Shown here: one piece after another, positions 45,588 to 57,865 of the stretch
Layout: each line of letters begins with the position of its first letter
Numbering within the stretch: the stretch's first letter is position 1
NCBI GenBank assembly: GCA_030704615.1
Contig: CM060732.1
Location: forward strand, 17,608,001-17,672,000
Source: Takakia lepidozioides
Lineage: Eukaryota > Plantae > Bryophyta
Length of the DNA: 64,000 nucleotides
Reading direction: 5' to 3'
Position numbers and translations under genes: made by a program
Notes under the pieces: generated by a model
What the model was told of the DNA's origin: nothing
What the model saw: only the letters and a program-made list of their open reading frames with translations
Databases searched by the model: none

Positions 45588-46904
45588 TCCTCCGAGCAGT
45601 GGCCAAGATACTCAAAATGGACAACACACCAGAAGGAAATGCAGATGTAGCCTCCCCTGCTAGTCGTGGAGATGAAGATAAACCCCTCGCAGATTCGCAA
45701 CAATCAGACGTGGTGTTGTCCAATGGAGTTTTCCGAGGCTTCATGTCGTGAAGCAAGACCGTATGAGCAGATGAGGAAGGTTGAGATCCACAAAATACAA
45801 TGGGAGTTGTTTCCAGACACTTTCTCCAAGTACCGTGTCACAGGTACGAGCTATACACAGTCACATGATGAGAGGCACACTTCTATTGCAAGAAAGAACG
45901 ATCAAGCTGCAACAAATGGGAGTTGTAAATTGAAGGAGGAGGTTGCAGATTCGGCGAGCTTGGGGTCTCATAATTCGGATTGTGTTGAGGTTTTTTGGCC
46001 ATCATTGAAAACTGGAAGCAACACTGTGGAGGCATCATCATCTCCATCATCCTCCAAAAAAACTGAACCCGAAACAAGTTTGAATCTATTGCATAACCAA
46101 GGTTCTGGGATAATGCACTTGTTTCCATTGCAAGGATAACGAACCACTTTTGCATCAGGTGGACATGAAAGCAATGCATATTTTGGTGTAGACATTTGGC
46201 AATGCCCTCAAAGTTTGAGAGAAGATGCAAAATGAATGAAAGCACACATCTTGCAAGACCTTATGCAAATACATTAAATGGCTTACATTACTTATGTGTA
46301 TCATCAATCCAGAAGGTCCAAATTTTTTGAGGCAAGTGCTCCATCCATATTATTCTCTGACAAAAACAACTAAATGGACTATCCCCTATTTTTAAGACGA
46401 CGGCGCCGTTGTTGAGATCTTAGAATCCAATGTACTGCCTTCTTCTTATGAGCATATGAAACATAAATGCTCTGCATGTTTCCATTTATTTTACAACCAA
46501 TCGTTGATTAATCGTCCAACTATGAACTGACACACTAGACGACACAATTTATTTACAATCAAATCCCATGACATGTATGTTGATTTGTTCTTTGATTACT
46601 CATGTATGAGTAATGAGTACAAGTATTTGTGGCGACAATTGACTCTAAAACCAATAAATTGATTAAGACATCCATAACAAAATATTTAGTTATTTTATCA
46701 CTTACTTTATATTGTATTATGAAGGCGCCGCCACAAAGTAACATGTCAATCGTACAACCATCTTATGAGGATCCACGTGTAACCCATGTAGTCCAAAAAG
46801 CACTAACGCCCGAGTGTATAAAAAAGGTTCACATTTCAGATTTGGCCAATTTGGCCTTTTTAATAAGGCCTTAGCCCTCGCCCCCCTTTCCCCCCGCTCT
46901 CCTT

Positions 46905-46975
46905 GGCGGGCACAGGTTTGAACCCGCAACCTAGTGGAAAATACACCACAACCTTACCACCAAGCCATGCTCTAC
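46905..46975 (-). promoter_or_regulatory. tRNA-like Pol III A/B-box unit
   Basis: A box TGGCTTGGTGG and B box GGTTCAAACC 32 nt apart; no convincing cloverleaf. Confidence 0.5.
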
Positions 46976-47374
46976 TCAATGAAACAACCTCTACTTTTTT
47001 GTTAATAAACTGTTTCTATTCAGTTAAACTTGTTGCCATTACTACATGACTAAACCGGTATCATTACTACACTAACGTAGTCTAGTATACTGCACATTAT
47101 CCCTTGCCACTCCCCCAAACAAACACACACAAACTACACAAGCACTTAACACGTCTCTAGTCTCTACACCCTGGAGACTCCCATTGCGAAGAGGAGACGG
47201 AGGCGCCGCATCTCGGCCTTATACTATACCAACCCGAGGCAACGAGCTGGTGGTGGTGGTGGTAGAGGCAAGCTGCGGACGGAGAAGGTAAGCTGTAGTT
47301 TTGTTTTTTTTCATGACCTGCACTTAGGCATATGCACCATCGCATAAGCCCCACCAAGCTGCTCCTAATCTAGC

Positions 47375-48485
47375 ACCTCCGCCGGCGCAAATGCCTAAGT
47401 CACTTCAACTCTCACAAGTTTGCGAATCTCCACACATACACACAACCGTCTCCGCCGGCGGAGACAGCTCATTCCCCTTGGTTTTTTCTGATGCTTGGAA
47501 AGGCTGGGCTGCCACCTCCGCCGGCGCATACCGTTGGAGCTAGGATGCTTCAGGATGACATGTTTTAGGAATTGCTCCTCTACTCCCATCCCGTTTATTT
47601 TTTTGCATGCTCATACGTTGCTGATGCTCCGAGCGGGTTGGGCAAGCGTATCCGCCGGCGCATACCTGTGCAGCAGGGCTGCTCAAATGTTTTAGGAAGT
47701 TCTCTCCTTTTCCATCTCCTTTGTTTTTCCGCATGCTCAAAAGTTGTTGATGCTCCGAGCGGGCTGCGCTGGCATATCCGCCGGCGCATACCTATTGAGT
47801 ACATTCTTTTTTTCTCAGCTCATAGGTTTCAGGATCCTCCTGCAAGCGTCTCCGCCGGCGGAGACACTTGGAGCTTGGTTTTTTTTTGCATATTCCCTGT
47901 GTTACGGAAGCTCCAAAGCACCAAGGCTGCCAACTCTGTCAACGCAGACCCGTGCAGCAGGGCTGCTCACATATTTCAGGAAGTTCTCCCCCCCTTCCAT
48001 CTCTTTTGTTTGCATTCTCATAAGTTGTTGATGCTCCGAGCGGGCTGGGCTGCCATATCCGCCGGCGCATACCCATTGAGCACAATCTTTTTTTGCTTAG
48101 CTCCTAGGTTTCAGGAACCTCATGCAAGCATCTCCGCCGGCGGAGATGCTTGGAGCTTGGTTTTTTGTTGTATATTCCTTGTGTTACGTAAGCTCCAAAG
48201 TGTCGAGGCTGCCACCTCCGTCGGCGCAGACGCTTGGGGAGTTGATCATAGTATTCAAAGTATCTCAAAGCTTCTACGTTGCCACCTCCACAACTCCACA
48301 TGCTTCCATAGGCCTAGTTTGATCTTTCAAGGTGCTCCTGTATGTTTGGCTACAACCTCCCTTCCATGGTATGCGCCGGCGCATATGCTTGGAGCTCCTT
48401 GAGCAAAAATTTCTTCAAGGGCCTCAAATCTTGTCAAATTTTGACTTGGTTGCACATATGTGTCATATGCGCCGGCGTAGGTGAT
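47375..48485. repeat. Degenerate tandem array with ten CGCCGGCG palindromic cores
   Basis: Cores at about 47380, 47453, 47519, 47653, 47779, 47853, 48060, 48135, 48374 and 48470; a duplication of about 280 bp. Confidence 0.9.
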
Positions 48486-48699
48486 CGGAGGTCCTCTGTC
48501 GGGATGCTCAGGCCTGTATTCTGCTCCAAGTTGTAAGCTTTGAAAGACAAGGATATTCATGGAATTAGTTGACTATCCAAATTCATTTGTTTTCTTCATG
48601 CAACCATGACACTGAACTGCTCTTTTTACATATTATACATTCACACATGTGCTCTTCTCATACACTGACATCTTGAACTGTTTTGGTCTATGGAATTAG

Positions 48700-51600
48700 G
48701 AAATTACTACTACAACTGAAGCTGTGGAGGCCGGTACGCTTGCAACCATTATTGACGACATTGATGCAGGGAATTGGGGGGCAGATGAGTATGAAGAGGA
48801 TACAACATCTAGTGATCCTCTTTCTCTAGATGCCAAATAGGCAATTATTCTGGAAAAGAAACAAGATCTGAATGTAACTTTCAGGTCCCTCCTCATTGAG
48901 GATGGAGTTATGGACATTCCATTGTGTCGCATGATTTCTATGCAGGTTGTTAGGCCCGCCCTTGCCAACAACATCCTAAAGCTTAGAGGAGACTTCTATT
49001 CTAGATACCATCCTGGAGCAGCCGTGTTCTATGTTTCTATTGAGGGGATTGATGGATCTACTATAGATGTAGGTCCTGATATCATCTCTACATAAGATAG
49101 TAATTGGAAAACAGTCAATGATGAGTTTGAGAAGTATCTTGAGTCCAAGCCAAAGTTGCATCATCTTCGGGGAAGATGTTTCATGTCTGGGATGGGAATC
49201 ATAGGCTTCAAGCATGGTATCCCTATATCAATGAAGTTCATGGGGCCAACTTGTCAAGATATGTCTGTGTGACAAGTTGGGTGCTCAATGCGGACATTGA
49301 AAATCGTGGTTCCCTCAGGTCCATCATGGATGGAGTGAATGTGTGAGTTTCCTTTCTATTCTTCATTTACTTTCATGTTCAATGTTGTCATGTTCTGCTC
49401 AATGGATGTACATATACACATCTTCTTTCTAATGATCATATTTTATATGTGCAGGGCAACAGAGAGGGCAAATGTTACATCCAAATTTGTGCACTTGGTT
49501 TGCAAGGTCAATATGATTGGCCTTACACCTGTCTCTGAATGGAAGAATGTATTGAGGAAAGAGCTATACGACAAATGCATCAAGAAAGCAGGAAAGACTT
49601 GGTATAACCTGACAGTCCATGCAATGACAGAGATTTTGTACAAGGTAACATCATGTCTTAACCAAGTTTCATTCTTTGCATCCATAGACAAGATTCACCT
49701 CTGGTTCATGTTATGAACTGTTTTGGTTCTTTTGGCAGCATGATATTGTTGAGGCCCAACGCATGGCGGGGGAAGCTTACAAACTTGCTGAGGGGCCAAA
49801 GAGTCAAGAGGGCCTTGAAGATACAATGAGACAGGCTGGATTGAAAGCAAGGGAGCAACACAAGAGTTAGCTTGTGAAGTTGCTTCATATTGCTGATCCA
49901 ACCCTTGGGGAGGGGTTTCTCCAAGAACTTAAACTGCATTGGTCACGTGTAAAGGCAGGATCAGAGGAAATGACCCAAGAGAAAATGGTGAACATTGCTA
50001 CCGCCCGGGTGGATCCTGAAGAAAAGGTGGAATGGCTACATATATGGAATGGAGACCAAACACTTCACGACCGTAATTTTTTTCCACCCGGGCCTATCAG
50101 TGGGCCAACACTTGATCCTTGGCTGAATAGAAGGATTTTTGGTGGCAGGTACATATACAATCACTATCTTCTCAATGCAATTAATTCATTTTGTTGATGA
50201 CACATTAATATAGTTATTTTGAGTGTGTTTGTATTTTAGGTACATGAGATTTGTGCTTGTACCGAGTGATCGACTTAAGGCTGAGCCCAAGTTTCTGATG
50301 GCCTGGAAGTTTGGTGCTCAACAAGCTTCCATGTACCTGCAATAGGAAGATTGGGGTGTGGAACACCGGGAATGGGGGGGGGTTGGTATTTGGATATGCC
50401 CAAGGGTACTATCCCCTATGCAGAAATGGGACTTCATAAGGAATGTGTTCGCAGGCAGTCAGTGAGTGATGAAGGGGGTATCTCCACTAAAGTCTTTGTT
50501 CTTGATCTGGAGTATGCAGAACAGATTGCTACACAAGCCGCTGACGTTGTAGCCCAAGTGGTTCCTAAGTGGTCCCTGCCGTTGTGGGTGTACCAAAACG
50601 CAAATCACGAAAAAGAAAAGGTGCGGATGTCAATGCAGGTGTGGCCCCCAATGCAGGTGTGGCTTCTATTGCTGGTCCTATTGGTAGTTCTTCACATCCT
50701 TCAAATCAGTTGGTTGTAGTGCCTGCACCTACTACTCGAGGAAACAAGCCAAAGGCATGCGAACATCCTTACAATGCAGTGTCATTTTCTGGTGGTGCAC
50801 CTAGCATGTATCGCATGAAGATCATGCCTACTCATTTCATTGATATGGTGGAGGCCTCAAGTACATCTCCTAATGCGACCTTGAAAGAGCTCATGGAGTT
50901 CTTAAAAAATGTGAGTTTCCCCCAACAAACAAACTTGAATGTAAGGAATTCTTCGATGTTTTATATCCTCATCATCCGGCTATTGACTCCTACATTTTCT
51001 GTATGTTGTTTGCAGTTGCCAGGAACTTGGTCTGGTGTTGTGGATGGAAAAAGCGTGCATGTGGCTGTGGACATGATCATCGTGGACTGCCCACATGAAT
51101 GCCTGTACAGGGTTGTTTGGATGGTGTACAGGTTCCTCCCTGGAATGCTTTTGATAAACGGTATTGGGAGTATGCATTCTCCATTGCTAATGACCTGTTG
51201 GATGACAATGGATGCTTGGTGTTCTTGCAGGGCTCCGATGATTCCTCTACATTGGAGCTCTTTTCTTACTCCAGGGGCAGCTCTATTTCCGTATTATCAA
51301 GGAAATATACTTGCATCAATACCACCCCTCTACACACTCAAACAAGAAAGGTAAAAATCATCCCTCTTTAATATCTCATTGTTTGATGTTTCATCTTCCT
51401 ACTCTCATACATATTATTAAACCATCCGGGTGCATTGTTTTTGTGGAAATGGCACGTCTAACAGACCATGTTCTTCCACGCCCATGTCCTCACCAAGCAA
51501 GGAGGACTATTCAAACTGCGTGAGTCTGGCAAAGTTGTGGACCCCTTGCAGACCCTGTTGAGTTGGATGCCATCTACAACCATATTCCAGATGTTGCACT

Positions 51601-52050
51601 ACCCATGCAAACTCCTCAACAAGCCTGGAGGGGTGCGCGAGACTGTAGTCCCGCCTTCGTGCAAGTGTTGTTGGAGACATGCTCACCTCCTGGCTCCCGC
51701 ATTTTGGATCTCACAGCTGACACATGTTTGCATTGGTCTCCATTTTGTAATTAAAATCTTCTGAGTTGATTCATGATCATTAACTGTTATCCGATATAAT
51801 ATCATCATTGCATGTTTTTTTCCTGCAGGTTCTACATTTATTGCTGCCCGCGAGTCTGGACGTCACGTATTTGGTCTTGAGGGGGACCAGACGTTGTATG
51901 CAGCACGTCTCTCTACACTTCAAAATACTCAACCTGTTTTGGTTTCATCTGTGGTAACTCCAACCATTCAACATCCTGTGAGTTTGTTGGAACCCCCCGC
52001 TCCTAAGGTGGCGCGCAAGCTTGGTCTTCATCTCGGCAATACTTCCTTGT
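48700..52050 (+). pseudogene. Multi-exon ParB/Srx-like domain plus beta-class amino (N4C/N6A) DNA methyltransferase gene, with stops and frameshifts
   Basis: IPLCRMISMQVVRP...MFHVWDGNHRLQAW (49191-49205); VDMIIVDCPH (motif IV-like, about 51085); WRGARD...ILDLTADT|GSTFIAARESGRHVFGLEGD (motif I/II, 51700-51890); spliceosomal-type introns. Confidence 0.75.
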
Positions 52051-52794
52051 GAATATGTCTCGCCTCCATTCCCTTTGTTGCAATCTCTATATTATTTGCA
52101 AAGCAAACCATTCCCATGTTAACATAAATATACATGTATGTGTGATGCAGTGATGGGATTGTGCGGACCATCTACGATAGTCTACCCCAAAGTCCTCTTT
52201 CATCGTTTTATCTACCTTCGTATGCCGAGTCCCAAGCTTTGCATTCAATACATCAACAACGTGATGTAGGTCTTTCCAATGATCTGTTGTTTGACCGAAG
52301 AGCAGCTATTGTTGGACAATCCGTGGATAGGTTGCATAGAGTTGAGGCTTTCATGGATGTGTAAGCCTCTGAATCACAGGCTTATGACACGGATGATGAA
52401 GTATCAGCTGATGATGTTATGTAGGTAATTAGAAATTACATATACAATACATTGTCCTCATTGTCAGTCCGAATTTTTGGTTATTTTTTATGATACATGT
52501 ATTTCTCTCTAGTGTAAGGTAAAACAAATGGGGCAAATGACATGGTGTTGAAATCAGATTTCATGTTATCTTCCTGTCATTTGATTTATCTATGTAATAG
52601 TTTGTACATAGATCTCTACTGCATTTCATAGATCCCTTTACTTGAATGCAAGTTCGACATGCACTTCAGTACTATCAAATTTCATCATTAGTAAGATCAA
52701 CCCTTATGAGTATTGTGGCATGTTATGTACACACAAGGTGACTATCTTTATCTCATTAGTGTTTCATTTCATTAGTGTTTCAAGTCTGAATGGG

Positions 52795-52868
52795 TAGTGT
52801 AGTGGTATGAACTAGGCTTGATACCCGATAGGTTGTGGGTTCTATCTCTGATGGACATTATGTTTTTG
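52795..52868 (+). promoter_or_regulatory. tRNA-like Pol III A/B-box unit
   Basis: TAGTGTAGTGG, 32 nt, GGTTCTATCT, then a T5 run. Confidence 0.5.
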
Positions 52869-52936
52869 TAAAATAAAAATGTTTCAGAAGATAGATATAT
52901 AGATACTGCAAAACCTATGTAACAAGATTAAATGGG

Positions 52937-53010
52937 TGGTGGTTTGGTAAGGATTATGTTTTCTAAGTTATGAGATTGCGGGTTCGATTACCAATCAATA
53001 GTCTTTTTTG
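52937..53010 (+). promoter_or_regulatory. tRNA-like Pol III A/B-box unit
   Basis: TGGTGGTTTGG, 33 nt, GGTTCGATTA, then a T6 run. Confidence 0.5.
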
Positions 53011-53295
53011 TAAAATTGAATTCCCTTGCGGGCCATCGCCATTTATTACCCAAATGCGCAGGCGGACCATCTCCATCACATTGTCAAGCTCCCTAGCATT
53101 CCCTGAGCATTGCTCCATTCTCCCACACCAAAATCCAGCAGCAACGCTGATCCTGCAGAATATCCCAGCCCAAAACCCCGGACTGACTGGCCTCCACCAA
53201 GAGAGGCTTTGGCAACTACAAGTACAAGGTAATGAAAATAGTACAGAGATGGAGGGGAAGAATAGAAGCCCGACCAAGCAAGATCTAATCCTGAT

Positions 53296-54045
53296 CTATG
53301 CTATCAACTGCCAGACTTCTCTCAAAGTGCCTCGCTCTGCATGATGGTAAGGTGTAGGAGGTATATCTATGTCCAGAAACCTGCCACTAACCTTGTCCCA
53401 AGCTACAGTAGCTCGCTCTAACCAACCCTCCTCCTCTTTCTGCCAGGTAGAGACAAAGCAATACTCCCCTATCTCCCGCTCACTGAACACTAAAGAAAAC
53501 AAAGGTAGGGTCTGATAGTCTCTCAACTCGAAAGCTTTGAGACGGTTGCGGGTGTCCTCATTGCGAATGACTGCATCTCCTTCACGCACAACAAACATGT
53601 CATTGCTGATGAACCCCCGCTCGTGGTTGCCCTGTGCAGAGCGTATCCGGCTGCAACCATGTCTGATTGCACAAACTTGTGTAGCTCCTGCTCCTCTGCT
53701 CCAGTACACCACGGCCTTGTGGCTGAACACCTTGGTCCCCGGGGCTGTCTTTGGCTGTGTTCCAAGCCTAGCTTCCACCCACTTTGGTATTTCACCTACA
53801 GCTGCAGAACTGCTGGCTCCAACAGAGTTCTGACTGTCCAAGGCGATATTGAGGCCCTCAATGCCAACTACAGCAGTCTGTTGTCTACTGCTAATGCCTG
53901 ACTCCCAGTATGCAATCAACTCGTCCAACTGTTCTCCACTCAAATCAGTCTGAGTTCCTTGGGAAACATAAATCTTGTCCCCTTTGGTACACAGGCTAAG
54001 AGAAGAGACCTGCCCTTCAACGACGTCCTCATTTCCCCCAGCCAT
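53296..54045 (-). CDS. Hypothetical protein, 249 aa, intronless
   Basis: Uninterrupted ATG-initiated ORF with a globular-looking C-terminal half; no recognised motif. Confidence 0.4.
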   Translation of the reverse strand: MAGGNEDVVEGQVSSLSLCTKGDKIYVSQGTQTDLSGEQLDELIAYWESGISSRQQTAVVGIEGLNIALDSQNSVGASSSAAVGEIPKWVEARLGTQPKTAPGTKVFSHKAVVYWSRGAGATQVCAIRHGCSRIRSAQGNHERGFISNDMFVVREGDAVIRNEDTRNRLKAFELRDYQTLPLFSLVFSEREIGEYCFVSTWQKEEEGWLERATVAWDKVSGRFLDIDIPPTPYHHAERGTLREVWQLIA

Positions 54046-55489
54046 ACAAGGAGTACATCCACAGATTTGTCTCTAATATAGACCAGCACAGGTTCTAGAC
54101 ACAGGATTGTGGATCTTTCATGGCACACTCACACTCTAAAAATTCCATAGATTTTTAGCAGAGTCCCAAAAACAGAAACCAGGTCTAGATAGGTAGATTT
54201 CCCCTTTCTGCAGCTATCCCCTCAAAAACTGAGTCAAACGGAGCTCAAACTAGACTCCCACCATTGGAAGAGCCTGTACCTTCACCATTTGTATCTAACA
54301 AGGAGCCGTGCCTCGTCACTTTTTAATTTTTCGACCTTTTTTCTCATGTTGGAAAGCCATAAAAGCAACATGTTCCTCTCCCATTCCTACACTCACCCAT
54401 GTGGAATAATAATACAATGAATATGAAATATTCTATATAGAATATTCTTATTCCATCCTTTGATATTTTGACTATGGACCCTAAGATTAGATGAATCACA
54501 ATTTTTTTTTTTTTTTTTTGGGTACCCTTATTTAAGTGTTGTGCATATAAAATTGTTCCTATGCATATCTAAAATTTGTATGCACGCATACATTCCTCCA
54601 TATGCATGCATTTGTGTGCGCATATAGTATAGGCTACCTCAGAACAGAAGGTGAAGTGGCTACAGATATGGAACTCTGATCCCACTGTTAGGGATACCCA
54701 CATGTTTCCCAGGCCGGAGAAAGAAAAGAAGACCCAGCGTGTCATTCCTGTCAGTGACAATGTGCTGGACACATGGCTTCACAAGGCCACTTACTGGAGC
54801 CAGGTATGATGTCCTTTGCTGTGTCACTTTCTTTTCGCTTTTTCTGTCATTCTTTTTCCATGTTACATTGGTTGTGATTGTTTTTGTGTTCATTCTTGCT
54901 TCTGTATTGGTCTGTAGTTGGAGGAAAGGGCCCGGTCGGTTCTACATACGCAGCTGGCTGACTATGGGATCACCATAACAGAACCGAAGGTCTCCTTCCA
55001 AGCATACATGAGGAAATGGAGAGCCACAGTGTGACAATCTTGTTTCTTCAGAGAGTTCAGCAAGGATGTTGGCATCAGTCGAACAAATGAGCTTGACCAG
55101 CAAGAGAAAGGAGAGGAAGCCTGGAAACGATGCCTTTATAGGTGCAAAATGGACTGTGCTTCTTTGTTTTGCATAGACACAATCTCCTCCATCCAACTTG
55201 TTTTTGGCTGGCTCATATGAGTTTGTGGTGGAGTGTAATGTGTCGCATACTCTTTTAGGGGGTAAAGGTACACACCGGGTAAAGGTAGAAAGGCAAAGGG
55301 AAATGATGTTGCTGGTGGTGTGGGGAAAGGAAGGGGTAGGGGAAAGGGGGCACAAGGGCAAGTAGGTGGGCAGGGAAGTGTTGCAGATACTGGCCCTCTG
55401 GTGACCCATGTGCACTTTGCCTTAAGAACAGTGATTCTGGGTATTGAAACAACAATGCAAGCATCCACAGGTTGAACTTACTCACAGTC

Positions 55490-56530
55490 AAAGTCGTCAT
55501 CCAGCTCCTTGTCGGAAGTCTCTCATGTATCAATATCAGCGGGTAGGGGCTTCGGAAGGACTTGAGAAGTGTGTCCACCCAAACCCATCAGGAGGTTCTT
55601 GTAAATCTCGGCATCCCCTTCAATCCCAAAGAGATGTCGCGCACTGGCCTTGCAAGCGTGGTAGGAGGCACCTGCAGTGGAATACAATGAAGGAAGCAGA
55701 CATTGAAGACACATTTGGAATGGTGGGAAGAACTGAAAGTGCAAGGTCAAACAAACCTCACGAATGTGAATGTTGAAGAGACGAACCTGTGCCCATTGAC
55801 AAATCCAGAACTCTGGCGTCTGTGTAGGTGCAGCACTCCACAATCGTCTGAATGAAAGTCGGGCTCCTCTCCCTGGCCCCTCTCCAAGGAACCCCATTCC
55901 CCCTTCGCAAGCACACGTTGTTGTCCACGTAGTTGTGGTGCATGTCATCCGTGGGAGGATCTGTCATCTCGTCTATGAACTTGCCCCCATGAGTGATGGC
56001 AAACTCCCTAATGACGGCTGGAGTCGTAGGTGGATGCACTCAGACAAGACAAACAGCTTCAAACAAACGAGTCTACGAACAGGACATACACAAGGAACTA
56101 AGAAGCTTGAAAACCAGGCCCCTACATATTCATTTGAGCGACTTACGCAACTCCATCCGAGAACCACTAAGAAGAGGAATAAGAAGGCAGATTTACCATC
56201 TCTCCGGGACGATCCCCCTTCGTCAGGTACATGTTGTTCACACAATTCCATGTCTTCACGACCCTCATACCGGAGGCTTTCAAATAGCTGGCAAGTGCAC
56301 GGCGACAGCGAAGGTCGATGGACTGGATGAGCACCAAAACACCTGCATCGGATAGAAAGAAATTGCAAAAGGAGAAAATCCACCGCCAGTAGCGCTCATC
56401 AAAAACATTCCAACCTGGACAAGCACCCGATGGAGGGACATCCGGGACTGGAAACCCATCAGGGATGTCCAAGATGATGAGTTCGGCTGCATATGGCTTC
56501 TCCTTCCCGTTCACCCATGATTTGGTCATT
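55490..56530 (-). pseudogene. Second beta-class amino DNA methyltransferase paralog (5'-truncated, intron-containing)
   Basis: AELIILDIPDGFPVP...GWNVFDERYW; PWRGARERSPTFIQ...VLDLSMGT|GASYHACKASARHLFGIEGD; intron 55786-55672. Confidence 0.75.
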
Positions 56531-56751
56531 TTAGCCTGCAAACAAGCATGCAATGGAATGCTCAAGAGGATTGAAACAATCCATGCACACAACAGACAAG
56601 AAGAAAAAGACAACACGCACCGTGCCGAGGAACTCCACAATCCTCTCCCACACTAGTGATGGTTCGCCCTTGTAATCAGATTTCTAGCTGAAGGCAGATG
56701 TCTTTTCAATTTGGTGCTGACCCTGTTTGACTTTGGCTGGCAATGGTGCAA

Positions 56752-56886
56752 GTGAAAGGGAAGGTTACATACAATTGGCACACATTGGATGAGTTTGTGC
56801 TGCAGAAAACATCAGTGTACATCAGCCAGAATGATCTACATGTAGCTGAAATGACAGTTCGGGAAACCCTTGATTTCTCTGCAAGA
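56752..56886 (+). pseudogene. Captured exon fragment of a PDR-type ABCG transporter
   Basis: [45 protein letters not shown]. Confidence 0.85.
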
Positions 56887-57483
56887 ACCTTCTGGACGTG
56901 CAGGACAACTACATGAGGCAGTGGACCTGATTAATAAAATGCCAATCAATCCAGATGTTGTGGTACTTGGAGCTTGGTGCCTGCAGAATCCATGGCAATG
57001 TGGAGATGGCTGAATGTGTGGCAACATCTATCCTCAAGTGGGATGAACAGGATGCCGCGACGTATGTGTTGTTATATCAAACATCTATGTTGCAGCTGGT
57101 TACTGCAAAGGTGAGAAGAATGATGAAGGTCAGAGGGTTTAGAAAGGAGCCAGTTGACAAGTTGCATCCTAGAATTAAGGAAATCCATGCTGAGCTGAGA
57201 AGATTGTCTGGGCAGATGAAGGAGGCGGGGTATGTGCCTGACACACGTTTTTTATTGCATGATGTGGAGGAAAGGAATTTTCTCTTTGCCACCACAGTGA
57301 GAAGCTGGCCATTGGTTTTGGACTGATCAGCACGACTCATCAAGAATCTTCGTGTGTGTGGAGACTGCCACACCTCCACCATATTCATCTCAAAGATTGT
57401 TGGCCGAGCAATTGTTGTATGGGACGCTAAGCACTTTCCACCACTTTGAAGATGGGATTTGTTCTTGTGGTGATTACTGGTGA
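56887..57483 (+). pseudogene. PPR E/E+/DYW RNA-editing factor C-terminal fragment with deletions and frameshifts
   Basis: [60 protein letters not shown]. Confidence 0.92.
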
Positions 57484-57514
57484 AATGATGTTTTCTTGGA
57501 AAGATGCTAGTGTC

Positions 57515-57865
57515 TTGAGTTGGACAACCGCGTGAAGGAAAACAAAAACAGGTGGATGCTAGCTATGATGTCGCTCCTAACTGTAAGAGGAGTGTTTGAG
57601 GAGATTTAGATGGGATTTCTCATGGTTGGCCATACCCATGAGGACATCGACGGATTCTTCAGTTATTTATCGAAGAAGCTGAAGCAAAACAACACCTACG
57701 TTCTCTCCGATCTTATGAGGTTTTTTATGATCTCTCAAGATCTGCAATTTATTCCTCAAATCATTCAAGAAGTGCCAGATTTCAAGGCGTATGTGGACGG
57801 TTGCATTCTCGATGGAAAAGAGTCTTTAGTTGGGCAAACAAAAATGCATGTATTTCGATATCATC
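57515..57865 (+). mobile_element. Sola1-like DDD transposase fragment
   Basis: LDN.VKENKN...FLMVGHTHEDIDGFFS. Confidence 0.6.

Noticed and set aside
52795-53010. Functional tRNA genes
   Set aside because: A and B boxes are present, but acceptor and anticodon stems could not be paired
56651-56658. CACTA terminus (CACTAGTG) at the MTase/ABCG junction
   Set aside because: No matching opposite TIR or CACTA transposase was seen, and 8 bp can occur by chance
56887-57483. Functional DYW editing factor
   Set aside because: No upstream PPR array, with internal deletions (the PG-box region is missing) and several frameshifts
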